In this document: positions 1 through 10,146 of the stretch, one piece after another
Layout of the letters: the number at the start of each line of letters is the position of its first letter
Numbering within the stretch: position 1 is the first letter of the stretch
Program-made: the position numbers and the translations under genes
Virus record (IMG/VR): IMGVR_UViG_3300005670_000019
Direction: 5' to 3' (one strand)
DNA: 64,000 bases
Source of the DNA: a virus
Taxonomy: Duplodnaviria > Caudoviricetes
The notes under the pieces: model-generated
What the model was told of the DNA's origin: nothing
Seen by the model: only the letters and a program-made list of their open reading frames with translations
The model's database searches: none

Positions 1-249
1 CTGTATCTTCTCTGATACGAAGTTATTCTTGACCCGAGACTGATGTCCTTGAATAAAGTCTCGATAACCTCTTGTAATATCAAGAAATTTTGGCTCCTCA
101 TCACAACCACATTTACACTTCGGAGCAATGTCATTCAAAAAGTATTTGGTATAAAACTCTTTTGATGAAACCTTGTGTCCTTTTCTGCAATGAGCAGAAA
201 GAGAAATGAGTGATGGATAACTGTTTTGACAATATGGACAAATAAACAT
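1..249 (-). CDS. Zinc-finger protein, probable homing endonuclease (5' part; runs off the window edge)
   Basis: Hand translation from ATG 249: MFICPYCQNSYPSLISLSAHCRKGH...PKCKCGC...FIQGH. The C2H2-like finger and CxCGC motif are typical of phage endonuclease N-termini; the catalytic domain is not visible. Confidence 0.6.
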   Translation of the reverse strand, partial: MFICPYCQNSYPSLISLSAHCRKGHKVSSKEFYTKYFLNDIAPKCKCGCDEEPKFLDITRGYRDFIQGHQSRVKNNFVSEKIQ

Positions 250-279
250 GGCTACAACCTCTTAATTGAAGTGTAGCCA
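249..279 (-). promoter_or_regulatory. Hairpin sequestering the RBS, with late-promoter-like CAATTA in the loop
   Basis: Minus strand TGGCTACA-CTTC-AATTAA-GAGG-T-TGTAGCCA(TG); the stem covers GAGG and the A of ATG. Confidence 0.65.
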
Positions 280-308
280 CTCAAGACTGCATTGTCTAAA
301 GATATAGT

Positions 309-797
309 CTAAAACTGCAAAACCGCGTTGTCAAATCGGATTGTAAGAGAAATTTCAACAAGGTCAGAACCTTCCATTGCCAAGTCACCAAAGGTTGCGT
401 TTGTAATGAAAGCACCCTTGATATCCCAAAGTTGAATGACTGTTCCAACAGGATCAAGCATCTTGATTTGAATGTCGCGCTTGTAGAAATCAGCATAGCC
501 GGAACGACCTGAGACGCTTTCAAAGCAAAGACGAACCCATTCCATAACCTGCTGAGCGCCTGATGGAGCGATGGCGTCATGAAGCGTAACAGTCATTGTT
601 TCAAAGGTTGTTTTTCCTGCAATGTAGCGAGTGCTGTTGATCCAAGGAATAGCAACTTCCTCTGTTGCCATTGTTGGACGAGCTGCTGTCTTGATAAGGA
701 AACTGTCAATTCCCTCAATTGCAAGAACAAATCGACGCTTTGCGATTGGTTCAAATTTCGTAGGAAGCATTTCGGTTACGCCTAATGTAGTTGCCAT
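309..797 (-). CDS. Tail tube protein (T4 gp19-like)
   Basis: 162 aa with FEP..RRFVL, YIAGK, SGRSGYADFYKRDI and W.IKGAF motifs; downstream of the sheath genes. Confidence 0.9.
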   Translation of the reverse strand: MATTLGVTEMLPTKFEPIAKRRFVLAIEGIDSFLIKTAARPTMATEEVAIPWINSTRYIAGKTTFETMTVTLHDAIAPSGAQQVMEWVRLCFESVSGRSGYADFYKRDIQIKMLDPVGTVIQLWDIKGAFITNATFGDLAMEGSDLVEISLTIRFDNAVLQF

Positions 798-993
798 CTT
801 TTATCTCCAAATATCAGCTATTCTGATTTCTTTGTTTAATTAGTCTTATTTTTTCTTTTTTCGAAAGTTGCTTATCAGTTGATGAAACTTTGGTTGAATG
901 TTCAAAATCAAATACAGAAGTCCACCAATGAACAAGGTATTGGCAATAGAAAGAACCAATACCATTATGAGAAAGTAAACCATCCAAACGAGA

Positions 994-1272
994 TCAGAAA
1001 TCACGTTCCATGCCCATGCCTGGATTATCTTTCCAAGCGGCATCAGAAACTCTCTTTTCTAAATCCTCAACTTCAATTAGAAGAACTTCTAATTCTTTTA
1101 TAACTGGCTCAACTATATCTCTTGCCCATCCAAGAGGACGATTTCCCATTTTATCCAAAAGTTTTTGAAGTACAGAAATAATCTTCTTTATTTTTACAGT
1201 TGGACTCGTTTTCAAATGATCACTGACAACTTGCTCAACCAATTTACTAAGTTGTTTCTTTGTAATTTTCAT
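994..1272 (-). CDS. Hypothetical protein with MKITKKQLSKLVEQ leader (putative internal head protein)
   Basis: Tightly packed in the operon; N-terminal motif shared with several ORFs here. Confidence 0.65.
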   Translation of the reverse strand: MKITKKQLSKLVEQVVSDHLKTSPTVKIKKIISVLQKLLDKMGNRPLGWARDIVEPVIKELEVLLIEVEDLEKRVSDAAWKDNPGMGMERDF

Positions 1273-1273
1273 C

Positions 1274-1879
1274 TCATCCTACCTTATATCCGTATTTGTT
1301 CTTCAATCCACGAACAAGATACTTCCAAACAGTTTCATTTCCCTGGCAAATTTCTGCAATGTCTTCAAGAAGTTCTTCGTTTGAAAGACCATTCTCTGCT
1401 CTGAAACGAAATAACCAAGCAAGTTTACCATCAGTTTCCGGCTCGATTTGTTCCTCAAGTTTTTCGTCGCAACCTTCATCTAGTCCGCCGAATGAAATGC
1501 CGTGTTCACCACTCTTTTTCTTGGCAAGCTCTTTTGCATCCCAAACAATGTCATCATCATACAATGTTCCATATTCAAAAACAACGTCATCAAGCTGTTT
1601 TCGAATTTCTGGATCCAGACTTTCAATATCGATTTCGTCTTCGTATGAAGTTGACATGAGAAGTGGAACAACCTTAGAATGTTCCAAATCCATATCAAAG
1701 TTGGCTGGATCGATATTACGAGTCAAAAGTGAATAAGCAAGAGCCAGTTCATCACGTGAACGTCCTTTTGGACCAGACATTTCAGGCGAACTATCAAGCT
1801 GTTCTTTCATGACCTGCTTCAAAGAAGACAAAGTCAACTTCTCCGCTAGTTTATTTATTTGTTTCGAAGTTAACTTCAT
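1274..1879 (-). CDS. Hypothetical acidic protein with MKLTSKQINKLAE leader
   Basis: 201-aa ORF directly after sheath; same leader motif. Confidence 0.7.
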   Translation of the reverse strand: MKLTSKQINKLAEKLTLSSLKQVMKEQLDSSPEMSGPKGRSRDELALAYSLLTRNIDPANFDMDLEHSKVVPLLMSTSYEDEIDIESLDPEIRKQLDDVVFEYGTLYDDDIVWDAKELAKKKSGEHGISFGGLDEGCDEKLEEQIEPETDGKLAWLFRFRAENGLSNEELLEDIAEICQGNETVWKYLVRGLKNKYGYKVG

Positions 1880-1885
1880 CTTCTA

Positions 1886-4873
1886 TCATCCTGCAATAAA
1901 GTTGCCTCTGTTGTTGAGAACAAAGGAGATATCCAAGAATTCCAAAGTCTTCGTTGGTAGAATCATGATTCTTCCACGAATGGTGTTATTTTCGATATCT
2001 GCCAACGTGGTCGTTGTTGTATCGATTTGAACAAGATACTTGTCAACACCCTTGTTATCTTGCACGCGCTTCAAGATTGGTTTTACCAAGTTTGAGAAAC
2101 GCTCAAGTGTTGCTTCTCTGTTTTGCTCAAAGATGATTCGGTCAGCAATCTGTTTGACTTGACGACGAAGAGAAATCAAGAGACGACGAACGTTTACACG
2201 ATCAAATGCACTTTCAGTTTGAAGAAGTGTTCTTTGACCCCAAACAACCGTTCCTTCAGAACCTGCAAATACAGCCAATGGATTGATGTTTGCGGACTGC
2301 AAGTCATCCAAGTTGTCTCGTGAAAGACGAACCGCTGGACGAACTGTTGTTTCAAGAGCGCCCCTTGTGAAACCTGCTGGAGCAAACCATGGGTATCCAA
2401 CGCTGTCATTCTTAGCAAATGCACCAAGAACTGCTGCGGTTGAAGCTGCTGTTCTAGTTGTGTTGTTGAAGTCGTCACGGATAACAACGTCAGGGAAGTA
2501 TGCAGCACCGAAAGATGAATTCAATCCTCTGTTGTTGAAGTTGTTTGCAGTGTTGACAACAGAAAGAGTTTGTGAAGAACTTGAAACTTCTGTGCTGTTT
2601 ACATCGATGTTTTGAATATCCATCAAATACAAAGCATCATAACGGTTCTCAACCATATTCAATGCGTTGTCTGTAACGTAGGTGTTTCGAATTCCTGGAA
2701 GTGCAAGAAGTTGAATATCAACTTCTGTTACATCTGACAAGATGTTCAAAGCTGTAAGATATGAACTTACCGTTGGACCATCCACCGTTCCGCGGTTTGT
2801 GTTATCCATTTCTTCTTCAACAGCAACGTTCGTAAAGTAACGTGTTCCTTGATTGAAGATATTGACTCCATCAAATCCACCGAAAAGAGGTACTGTGAAC
2901 TTAGCCAACTGTCTTACAGAGCTGTCTGTAAGGTCTGAAGTTGCAAGAGCACGGAAACCGTTTGTTGAGTCATTTGAGATATTTCCTTGACGAACATAAG
3001 ACCATGTAACAGCATTCACAGTATCAACAAGACCTGTTGAAGGAGTGTACTTGATCTTGACTTTATTCAAAGTGAAATAGTTGTTATTGTATGCATCTGC
3101 ATCAACAATACCATTTTCAGTTGTTGCTTGAGCGCCTTGGTTGTCATAAACAACAAAGTCTGCCCAATTCGTTTGGAAATCTGGATAGTATTGAACGAAG
3201 CTTCCAATGCCTGTCTCAATCTCTGTCGATTTGTTTGGTTCAGTTACAGAGGTTTGACGCTCAAATTGAACACCCCAATACAAGCTGCGGTCAACTGTTT
3301 GGTTAGGTGAAGCTCCTCTTGAAAGAGACTTTCTGTAAGGAATTGGTGGCTGAACAAAGCGATAAGTGATTGGATCTGTACCCGAACCAGTTACGTAATA
3401 TGTTCCATCATCATTCTGATTTCCGAACGGCGCAGAGCCCGAAACTTGAAAATGTTGAACACCACGGAAACCAAATGGAAGTGCTGTTGGATCAATCTCA
3501 GCATCTTCAACTTGAGCGTCCATCTCTACACGAATGTAAGAGGAAGCATTTGGGTAGTTTCCTTGAGTGATGAGCTTTTGACGATCGGATGAGTTATCAA
3601 AGTTCCAGAATGTGTGGAAGTCTCCAATCACTTTTGCAACATAGTTTTGTGCATTTGGATTGAGGGACAAACCTCTCCATTGTTCAAGAACTTTTTTGTT
3701 CTTATCTGTGTCGTTGTAATCACGAACAATAAGGTCAAATGTACCATATTGGTCAACAGTGCTTACAGATGGTGTAATGTTCTCAATGGAGAACTTCACA
3801 CGCTTATTTGCATATTCACCGTCATCCAAAGACCAAACTCTAAAGAGATTTTGTGGTGAACCACCAAAGTTCTGAGACACAACCCAAGGGCTCTTTGGAG
3901 TCTTGTATCTGTCCTCGAAGTTTTCAAAGTTTGGCGTTACGGTTGAACCTGAGTTTCTGCTAAGAGAAGAAGAAACAAGGAAAGCAATCTGTTCTGTAAG
4001 GTATGTGCTTCCGGAAACAACACCTGAACCAGTTACGGTTGCAAGTGCTGGGTGAACAGGGAAATCCGCATAAAGGAAATGACCCTTTTCTTCAATCTTG
4101 AAAGGATCTGTATTGAAGACCTTTCCAAAATAGTTTGGAGCAGTTACATCGAAAGAAGCAGAAATAACATTTGGCTCATTCGAGTTTTTGAAACCGTTCA
4201 ACAGAAGAACGAACTCTTGTAGACTTCCCGAGATGTTTACAGAACCCGTTACCTGACCTCCAGCGTTCGTCCATGTTCCGGAAGAAGATGCTGGGGTGTT
4301 CCATGGGGATGCAGAAGATGAGAGCGTTAGAAGAACGCCTGATGGCGCGAAAACTACACCTCGAACAACTGGCGTTCCTTCGGTTGGAAGTCCTGCGGAA
4401 GAGAAGAAATCGCTTCCTGAAGTTTCTTTCATGATTGAAGCAAGAAAGTATGTTCTTCCTTCATCTCCACCTGCATATGCATATGGATTGTCATTGAAAG
4501 CACCACCTGATGCATTTTGTGGAAGGTCTGAACCGACAACAAATCCAGCATTTACAACCTTACCGGAGTTACTTCCGTCTGTTGTTCTTGCAAGTGCATT
4601 ACCTGCTCCAAGAACACGAAGATATGTAAGAGACTGAGCGTTCCTTAGCCATTCACTTGCTGCGATTGGACCATTGAAAATGTAGTCATTTGGACCACCA
4701 AAGACCTGATTGAAATCTTGAGTTGTCGGAACTGTAACAGGAACAAATGCCGGACCTCTTTGCGCAGCACCGACTACACCAGCAGGAATGCCAGTTGGTC
4801 GTGTTGCAGTTGGACCAGTTAGATTTTGAACTCTTACAGAGACACCTGCTGATTTGAAGCTGATTGTTGTCAT
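1886..4873 (-). CDS. Tail sheath protein 1 (gp18-like)
   Basis: N-terminal SAGV..GPAFVPV; C-terminal PWFAPAGFTRG, INP, WGQRTL and RVNVRRL motifs. Confidence 0.93.
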   Translation of the reverse strand: MTTISFKSAGVSVRVQNLTGPTATRPTGIPAGVVGAAQRGPAFVPVTVPTTQDFNQVFGGPNDYIFNGPIAASEWLRNAQSLTYLRVLGAGNALARTTDGSNSGKVVNAGFVVGSDLPQNASGGAFNDNPYAYAGGDEGRTYFLASIMKETSGSDFFSSAGLPTEGTPVVRGVVFAPSGVLLTLSSSASPWNTPASSSGTWTNAGGQVTGSVNISGSLQEFVLLLNGFKNSNEPNVISASFDVTAPNYFGKVFNTDPFKIEEKGHFLYADFPVHPALATVTGSGVVSGSTYLTEQIAFLVSSSLSRNSGSTVTPNFENFEDRYKTPKSPWVVSQNFGGSPQNLFRVWSLDDGEYANKRVKFSIENITPSVSTVDQYGTFDLIVRDYNDTDKNKKVLEQWRGLSLNPNAQNYVAKVIGDFHTFWNFDNSSDRQKLITQGNYPNASSYIRVEMDAQVEDAEIDPTALPFGFRGVQHFQVSGSAPFGNQNDDGTYYVTGSGTDPITYRFVQPPIPYRKSLSRGASPNQTVDRSLYWGVQFERQTSVTEPNKSTEIETGIGSFVQYYPDFQTNWADFVVYDNQGAQATTENGIVDADAYNNNYFTLNKVKIKYTPSTGLVDTVNAVTWSYVRQGNISNDSTNGFRALATSDLTDSSVRQLAKFTVPLFGGFDGVNIFNQGTRYFTNVAVEEEMDNTNRGTVDGPTVSSYLTALNILSDVTEVDIQLLALPGIRNTYVTDNALNMVENRYDALYLMDIQNIDVNSTEVSSSSQTLSVVNTANNFNNRGLNSSFGAAYFPDVVIRDDFNNTTRTAASTAAVLGAFAKNDSVGYPWFAPAGFTRGALETTVRPAVRLSRDNLDDLQSANINPLAVFAGSEGTVVWGQRTLLQTESAFDRVNVRRLLISLRRQVKQIADRIIFEQNREATLERFSNLVKPILKRVQDNKGVDKYLVQIDTTTTTLADIENNTIRGRIMILPTKTLEFLDISFVLNNRGNFIAG

Positions 4874-4901
4874 TTTTTACCCTATTCTAACTATTGTTCA
4901 A

Positions 4902-7900
4902 TCACTGAAACTCAACACCGGAGTTTGTAACAATGAAGTCGATTGCAATAAATTCAACTGCCTTCACTGGTACAAGTCTGATTTGACAGTTCAAACGATT
5001 TGCATCTGCATCTGCTTGTGTATTGTTTCTGTTATCACAGATTACATCAAAGAACTCAATTCCACCATTTGTTTGAACTTCTGACAAAAGTCTACGAAGT
5101 TGTTCACTCAAACGCTGTCTAAGTTCTGGAGTGATCTGTTCCCAAATCAAACTATTTCCAATTCCGATGACTTGGCGCTTTAGGTCAAGAAGAAGACGCT
5201 TCACGTTGATACGTTGAAGAGCCGTTCTCTCATTGTCCAATGTATTTTGTGAGAAGATAACGTAACCTTCACGAGGGAACTTGACGATTGGGTTAATTCT
5301 AACATCGGCAAGTCTTTCCTGATCTGGTTGGTTGATACGGACAGTCGTTCTTTCAACAAAGGAAAGTGCTGCACGGTTGAAACCTGCTGGTGCATACCAA
5401 GGATATGCAACCTTGTCATTGAATCCGATTGCAGCAAATGCAGCGACGGAGGCAGGAACAACAACACGGCGTTGAGTGTTCATATCTGTAATGATGATGT
5501 TTGGGAAGTAAGGAGCAACATATGAGTTGTCCAATGCTCGAAGCTCAAACTGATCTGCTGTGTTTTGAACGTCAGCACGTGTTGAAGCCGAAGCATCACC
5601 TTCTCCATCGAAAACTCTTTCAATGTCAACGTTGTAAGATGGAACGTCCATCGTGTAAAGGATAAGTCCATTTGTCGCAACAGCGTCAGCAACATAATCC
5701 GTCACAAGAGGCTCTCTTTGTCCAGGCACAGCAAGAAGATTGATTGAAGATGCCAAAGGATCTGTCATAATGTCCGTTGCTGTACGGAATGCAAAGATAC
5801 TGTTGTTCAAGATACCTGTTGCATTTTGGTTGAAACCAAATCCTGGCGAAGTGAACGCAGCGTTTGCATTTCCAATGGTTGTTCCACGAGCTTCAGTTGA
5901 AGTTGAACGGTCATTGAATGTCGCAGCATTTTTATCAAGAATGTTTGTTCCATCAAATCCACCTGCCATAAGAGCTGTGAACTTCGTGAAATCAGAGAAC
6001 TTGTTGAAGTCGGCTGCGCTTGTTCCCTTATTCAAAAGAGTTGCAAATGTGACTCTTTGAAGAGTTCCGTCCGTAATCTTGTAAGATGAAACATCTGGTT
6101 CACCATCACGAATGTAAGCTGCCTGTCGAATGTGTGTTTCAACAGATGAAGTTACGTCTGCAAGATTTTGGTTGTAAAGAGCAACACGAGCAAGAGTGAA
6201 CTTGTTGCTATTGAATCTGTTCACAAAAGCTCCAGTTACAACTGTATCAAGCTTTGAAATACCGGCAAACTTGGTGTAACTCTCAACCAATGGGTTTGGT
6301 TCAGAGGAAACATTTGGGTTTACAACGTTATTGTTTCTGCTGTCCTTGACGCCCCAAAAGAGACGACGGTCTACAACTTCAAGATTGCCAGGCGCACCTC
6401 TCCAAGTTCCAGTTGTATCAACTGAACCACGAGTTAGTTTGAAACGATATGGCAATGGAGGAACAATTGCTCCAAGAAGTCTTCCTTCGCCTGAACCGGA
6501 AGCTCCAAGACGAATCGAGCCTGCTGAACCTGTGTTGTCAAGCAACGTTGGGTTAGTTGAAAGAACTTCGTATCCCTCATAACCAAAAGGCAAAGCCTCT
6601 GGTGGAGTAAATCCTGAGTTTAGGCTCTCATCCATCTCTACACGAATGTATTTGGACTGTCCTTGATGAATTCCATATTGTTGAAGTCTCTTGTCTCTTT
6701 CATCAACAACATCGAAGTTGAAAGAAGCGTAACTGTCACCAACAACTTTTGCAATGTAGTTGTCATCTGATGGATTCAATGAGAGATTATTGAACTGCTC
6801 AACGACTTGAGGTTCATAGTCGTTATCATCAAATGCACGAACAACCAAAGAGAAAGTTCCATACTTGTTTCTCAAATCTGTAGATTTCTTGACGTTTACA
6901 ATAGAAACTTTGTATTTGTTGTTTGCGTAAGCACCATCATCTTTTGAGAAAATCTTGAAAAGACGATACTCATTCTTACCGAATGGTTGAGAAATGAACC
7001 ATGGGGTTGATGGCGTTGTAAATCTTGTGTCGAAACGTCCAAAGAGCTGACGGAATGGAGAAGAAGTATCTCCACCTGTTGTGGTTGTATTTGCTGAACC
7101 TGATGCAAGGAAAAGGTCAGCCGAACCTGTGTTGATTGAAGCAAGTTCTGCATCAACAGCGTAATCTCCGTAAAGAACGTGATATTCCGTGCCAAACTTC
7201 TCTGGATTTGTGTTCAAAACTTTTGCGATGTAGTTTACACTTGTTGGATCAAGAGAAGCAGTAACAATTCTTACACCTGCAAATCCATCACTATTGGCGA
7301 ATGAAGTTCCAACGGATGTTGAAATTGCCAACTTGAATGAACGGTCAAATGCCCCTGATGGAGCTGCAAAGCTATCAAGGTCTTCACTGTAGCTTTGGTT
7401 CCAATCAAGAACTTGAAGTCTTGTGCCCGAAGCTGCAAAGAGAACACCACGAACCAAGAACACTTCGTCGCTTGCACCTGAAGAAAGGAACGAAGCATTA
7501 TCTGTGAACATTGGCATGCCGTATGCCTCAGAACCAGTTAGAACGTGCTTACCGCCGATGAAGTAAACAGATCCTTCGGCATCACCAGGGAAACGTGAAG
7601 AGAAAGATGAAGAAACCTTGAAACCGGCATTAGTTACAGTTCCTTGAGTTCTGGTTGTGTCAATATCAGCAATAGTTGTATTTGCACCAGCACCAAGAAC
7701 ACGAACGAAAGAAACAGCGTTCTTACTTTCAAGGAATTTTTGCACAGTATAAGTTGATGGATGTTTGCTATCCAACTCACCGAAAGTGGTTACGAAATCT
7801 GAGAAAGTTCCAACTACAACTGGAACAAATGCTGGACCTTTCAAAGAAGATCCGATCACACCTGCTGGAACGCCTGTTGGTTGTTGTGAGGTTCTTGTAA

Positions 7901-7952
7901 GGTCAATCTCTCTTGGATAAAATCCTGGAGTTTTGAAAATCTGGTCTGCCAT
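4902..7952 (-). CDS. Tail sheath protein 2 (gp18-like paralog)
   Basis: TPGFYPREID, GPAFVPV, PWYAPAGFNR, INP, RINVKRL and AVEFIAIDF motifs. Confidence 0.93.
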   Translation of the reverse strand: MADQIFKTPGFYPREIDLTRTSQQPTGVPAGVIGSSLKGPAFVPVVVGTFSDFVTTFGELDSKHPSTYTVQKFLESKNAVSFVRVLGAGANTTIADIDTTRTQGTVTNAGFKVSSSFSSRFPGDAEGSVYFIGGKHVLTGSEAYGMPMFTDNASFLSSGASDEVFLVRGVLFAASGTRLQVLDWNQSYSEDLDSFAAPSGAFDRSFKLAISTSVGTSFANSDGFAGVRIVTASLDPTSVNYIAKVLNTNPEKFGTEYHVLYGDYAVDAELASINTGSADLFLASGSANTTTTGGDTSSPFRQLFGRFDTRFTTPSTPWFISQPFGKNEYRLFKIFSKDDGAYANNKYKVSIVNVKKSTDLRNKYGTFSLVVRAFDDNDYEPQVVEQFNNLSLNPSDDNYIAKVVGDSYASFNFDVVDERDKRLQQYGIHQGQSKYIRVEMDESLNSGFTPPEALPFGYEGYEVLSTNPTLLDNTGSAGSIRLGASGSGEGRLLGAIVPPLPYRFKLTRGSVDTTGTWRGAPGNLEVVDRRLFWGVKDSRNNNVVNPNVSSEPNPLVESYTKFAGISKLDTVVTGAFVNRFNSNKFTLARVALYNQNLADVTSSVETHIRQAAYIRDGEPDVSSYKITDGTLQRVTFATLLNKGTSAADFNKFSDFTKFTALMAGGFDGTNILDKNAATFNDRSTSTEARGTTIGNANAAFTSPGFGFNQNATGILNNSIFAFRTATDIMTDPLASSINLLAVPGQREPLVTDYVADAVATNGLILYTMDVPSYNVDIERVFDGEGDASASTRADVQNTADQFELRALDNSYVAPYFPNIIITDMNTQRRVVVPASVAAFAAIGFNDKVAYPWYAPAGFNRAALSFVERTTVRINQPDQERLADVRINPIVKFPREGYVIFSQNTLDNERTALQRINVKRLLLDLKRQVIGIGNSLIWEQITPELRQRLSEQLRRLLSEVQTNGGIEFFDVICDNRNNTQADADANRLNCQIRLVPVKAVEFIAIDFIVTNSGVEFQ

Positions 7953-8029
7953 TCTTGGGTTCCTTTTTCACGAAGACTAAATCTTGTCTTCCTTCTAATT
8001 AGGACTTGAATTGTCGTAATACTGCCGCT

Positions 8030-9247
8030 TCACTTATTCTTCAATACTATTTGCTGGATAAGTTCAAAATCGTTTGTGTAGAAAATCGACTCACCCTTTA
8101 GATTGAAACGTTGAAGAACTGGCACATATCGGAAAAACGTCTTTCCTGTCCTTTTATCTACAAATTCTTTCTTGACTAAATACTTCCTATCAGTTGTATC
8201 TTTCTGTTTAGTTTTCGGATTTTCTTGAATATCAGAAAGAATGAACTTGTCCTCAACTCCGAGAGCAACGGGCTCCCTCTCAAGGTTTTCTGATTTGTGT
8301 ACGTCATTCTCCATATTGTGGAAGTCAAATACAATGTCTGGAGCACTGATCCATTTTCTAACAGGCACAGGCTGCCCTGGGGCGTTCGTAGCAAGGATGT
8401 AGCCCTTTACTTTCATATTGATGGTGTATCTTAGGACACGGCGGTTATCTTTGAAGTCATCAAAGTTGTCACCACTTGCCATCTGATCTTCAACGTAAGC
8501 CAAGAACCAATAGCCTTTATCAGTATTTATTCGAAACATCTTGTCTTGAGGAAGATAAGAAGACATGAATGTTTCAATCATATAGGTCATGTGCTCTGTA
8601 AATGAAGTCCAAAACACAATCTCATAAGTTGCTGTAAAAAACTGAGGTTGTGGTATCGTATAGATTTCATAGATGTTTGCTGTTGATTTCAACTTCGGTT
8701 GAAGAAGTCCCCCTTGAATAACATCTTCTTCATACTGATCGATTCCCGTCTCTCTTGACGTTTCAGGAAGGTTCATATTTTCCAAGGCAAACTTGTTCAA
8801 ATAGTTTTGAAAGTCTCTGTCCTTGTCGGAAAGTTTCTTTGAAATCGTCAATGTACCTGTCTGTTGGTTTATTCCTCGACCATTGATATCCTCAGTGGTC
8901 TGTTCAATGCCGCGGCGTCTAATTGAGATAGCTGGAAGAATTATTCTTCCATCCTTATCTTTCAAAGGTTTCAGTTGTTTTGCTGTAGCAAATCTTTCTC
9001 CAGTTGCAAAGATAACACTTGGTTTCTTTACATCAACAGCTCCATTTGATGTCCGAACCTTAGCAATTGTAAATGGAATTTCACGATTGAATAGGTTAAA
9101 CATTCCTTCATCTGCATCAGTGATTCCGCATGGAGGAATGGTAAAATCAGTTGATGGAATATCCTCATATCCCGAATTCAAATGAGGTTTAGGGTCTGAA
9201 GGATCCCTTTCGATATTGAAACGAGTTGAGTTTTTGTTTTGAGACAT
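8030..9247 (-). CDS. Tail terminator/completion protein (gp15-like)
   Basis: VIFATGERF..DKDGRIILPAISIRR motif; lies between neck and sheath genes. Confidence 0.65.
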   Translation of the reverse strand: MSQNKNSTRFNIERDPSDPKPHLNSGYEDIPSTDFTIPPCGITDADEGMFNLFNREIPFTIAKVRTSNGAVDVKKPSVIFATGERFATAKQLKPLKDKDGRIILPAISIRRRGIEQTTEDINGRGINQQTGTLTISKKLSDKDRDFQNYLNKFALENMNLPETSRETGIDQYEEDVIQGGLLQPKLKSTANIYEIYTIPQPQFFTATYEIVFWTSFTEHMTYMIETFMSSYLPQDKMFRINTDKGYWFLAYVEDQMASGDNFDDFKDNRRVLRYTINMKVKGYILATNAPGQPVPVRKWISAPDIVFDFHNMENDVHKSENLEREPVALGVEDKFILSDIQENPKTKQKDTTDRKYLVKKEFVDKRTGKTFFRYVPVLQRFNLKGESIFYTNDFELIQQIVLKNK

Positions 9248-9295
9248 ATCAATAAATAGATAAACCCCAAGAGGAATATCGATTTAGGATAATGA

Positions 9296-9317
9296 ATGGA
9301 ACATAACCAATTAGAGA
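9296..9317 (+). repeat. 22-bp dispersed motif, copy 1 (ATGGAACATAACCAATTAGAGA)
   Basis: Matches copies at 32683-32704(-), 47228-47249(+) and 56247-56268(+) at 20-21 of 22 positions. Confidence 0.85.
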
Positions 9318-9348
9318 AGAGCTCAGACCCATGAGGGGTCATTCATTC

Positions 9349-10107
9349 TTATTGAGCCTGTTTCTTGGGAGGAGCAACAGTTGGAGCTTGATTTCCAGGG
9401 GTTTGTGCTGATGTTTTTGTTTTCACAGGTTTTCTAGTAGCACTGTCAGAACCAATCGACTTACCATCTTTTGCATACTCTGTATTTGCTGTGTTTTTGT
9501 CAAAACCATAATCCAAAAGAACAACACGACCATCTGGAGTTTTGCCCCAATGATCATGGAACTTCATATCACCACGAATAAGACCCTTCTTGACAAGGTT
9601 GTTGATAGCATTCAAGAAAATCAAGTCTTGTTTTGCTTTGACTTTCTGTTCAGGTGTTGACATTTTAGATTGATCAATGTCTGATGGTTCCCATTGATCA
9701 CCCATTGCATATCCGATAATCTCAGAAGAATATCCTTTGATTTTCTCAAACTCATTCCAAGATGTAAGAGGACGAACAAGTTGAGCCATGACCCAGTTAC
9801 CTTTTGGGTCACTGTTTTGAATTAAAGCAAGAGCAGGTTGCAGTGTTTTATCTTGAGCAAACTGAACTTCTGTTTTGTTTTGTGCAATGCCCTTTGAATT
9901 GGTTGCAAACTTCATAACAAAGCGATTACTCAAAAGAAAAACTTTTCTTGAAGATCCTTCTCCTAATACTTGAAACTGTTGTTCTAATTGCCGAAGCTGA
10001 TCAACGAAGGGCAAATTTTTCCATTGTTGGAAATTGAACTGTCCTTTGCTTTTCAGTTTCTCCATCAGAACCTCACTCTCGATTTTTTCGAATTCACGAA
10101 GGAACAT
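9349..10107 (-). CDS. Protein kinase-like fold protein, paralog 1
   Basis: LGEGSSRKVF, VMK, QN..E, GD....HWG and VLLDYG motifs. Confidence 0.75.
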   Translation of the reverse strand: MFLREFEKIESEVLMEKLKSKGQFNFQQWKNLPFVDQLRQLEQQFQVLGEGSSRKVFLLSNRFVMKFATNSKGIAQNKTEVQFAQDKTLQPALALIQNSDPKGNWVMAQLVRPLTSWNEFEKIKGYSSEIIGYAMGDQWEPSDIDQSKMSTPEQKVKAKQDLIFLNAINNLVKKGLIRGDMKFHDHWGKTPDGRVVLLDYGFDKNTANTEYAKDGKSIGSDSATRKPVKTKTSAQTPGNQAPTVAPPKKQAQ

Positions 10108-10146
10108 CAAAACCTCTTTTGTAAATATTTTCTTTTATTTGCTGCG

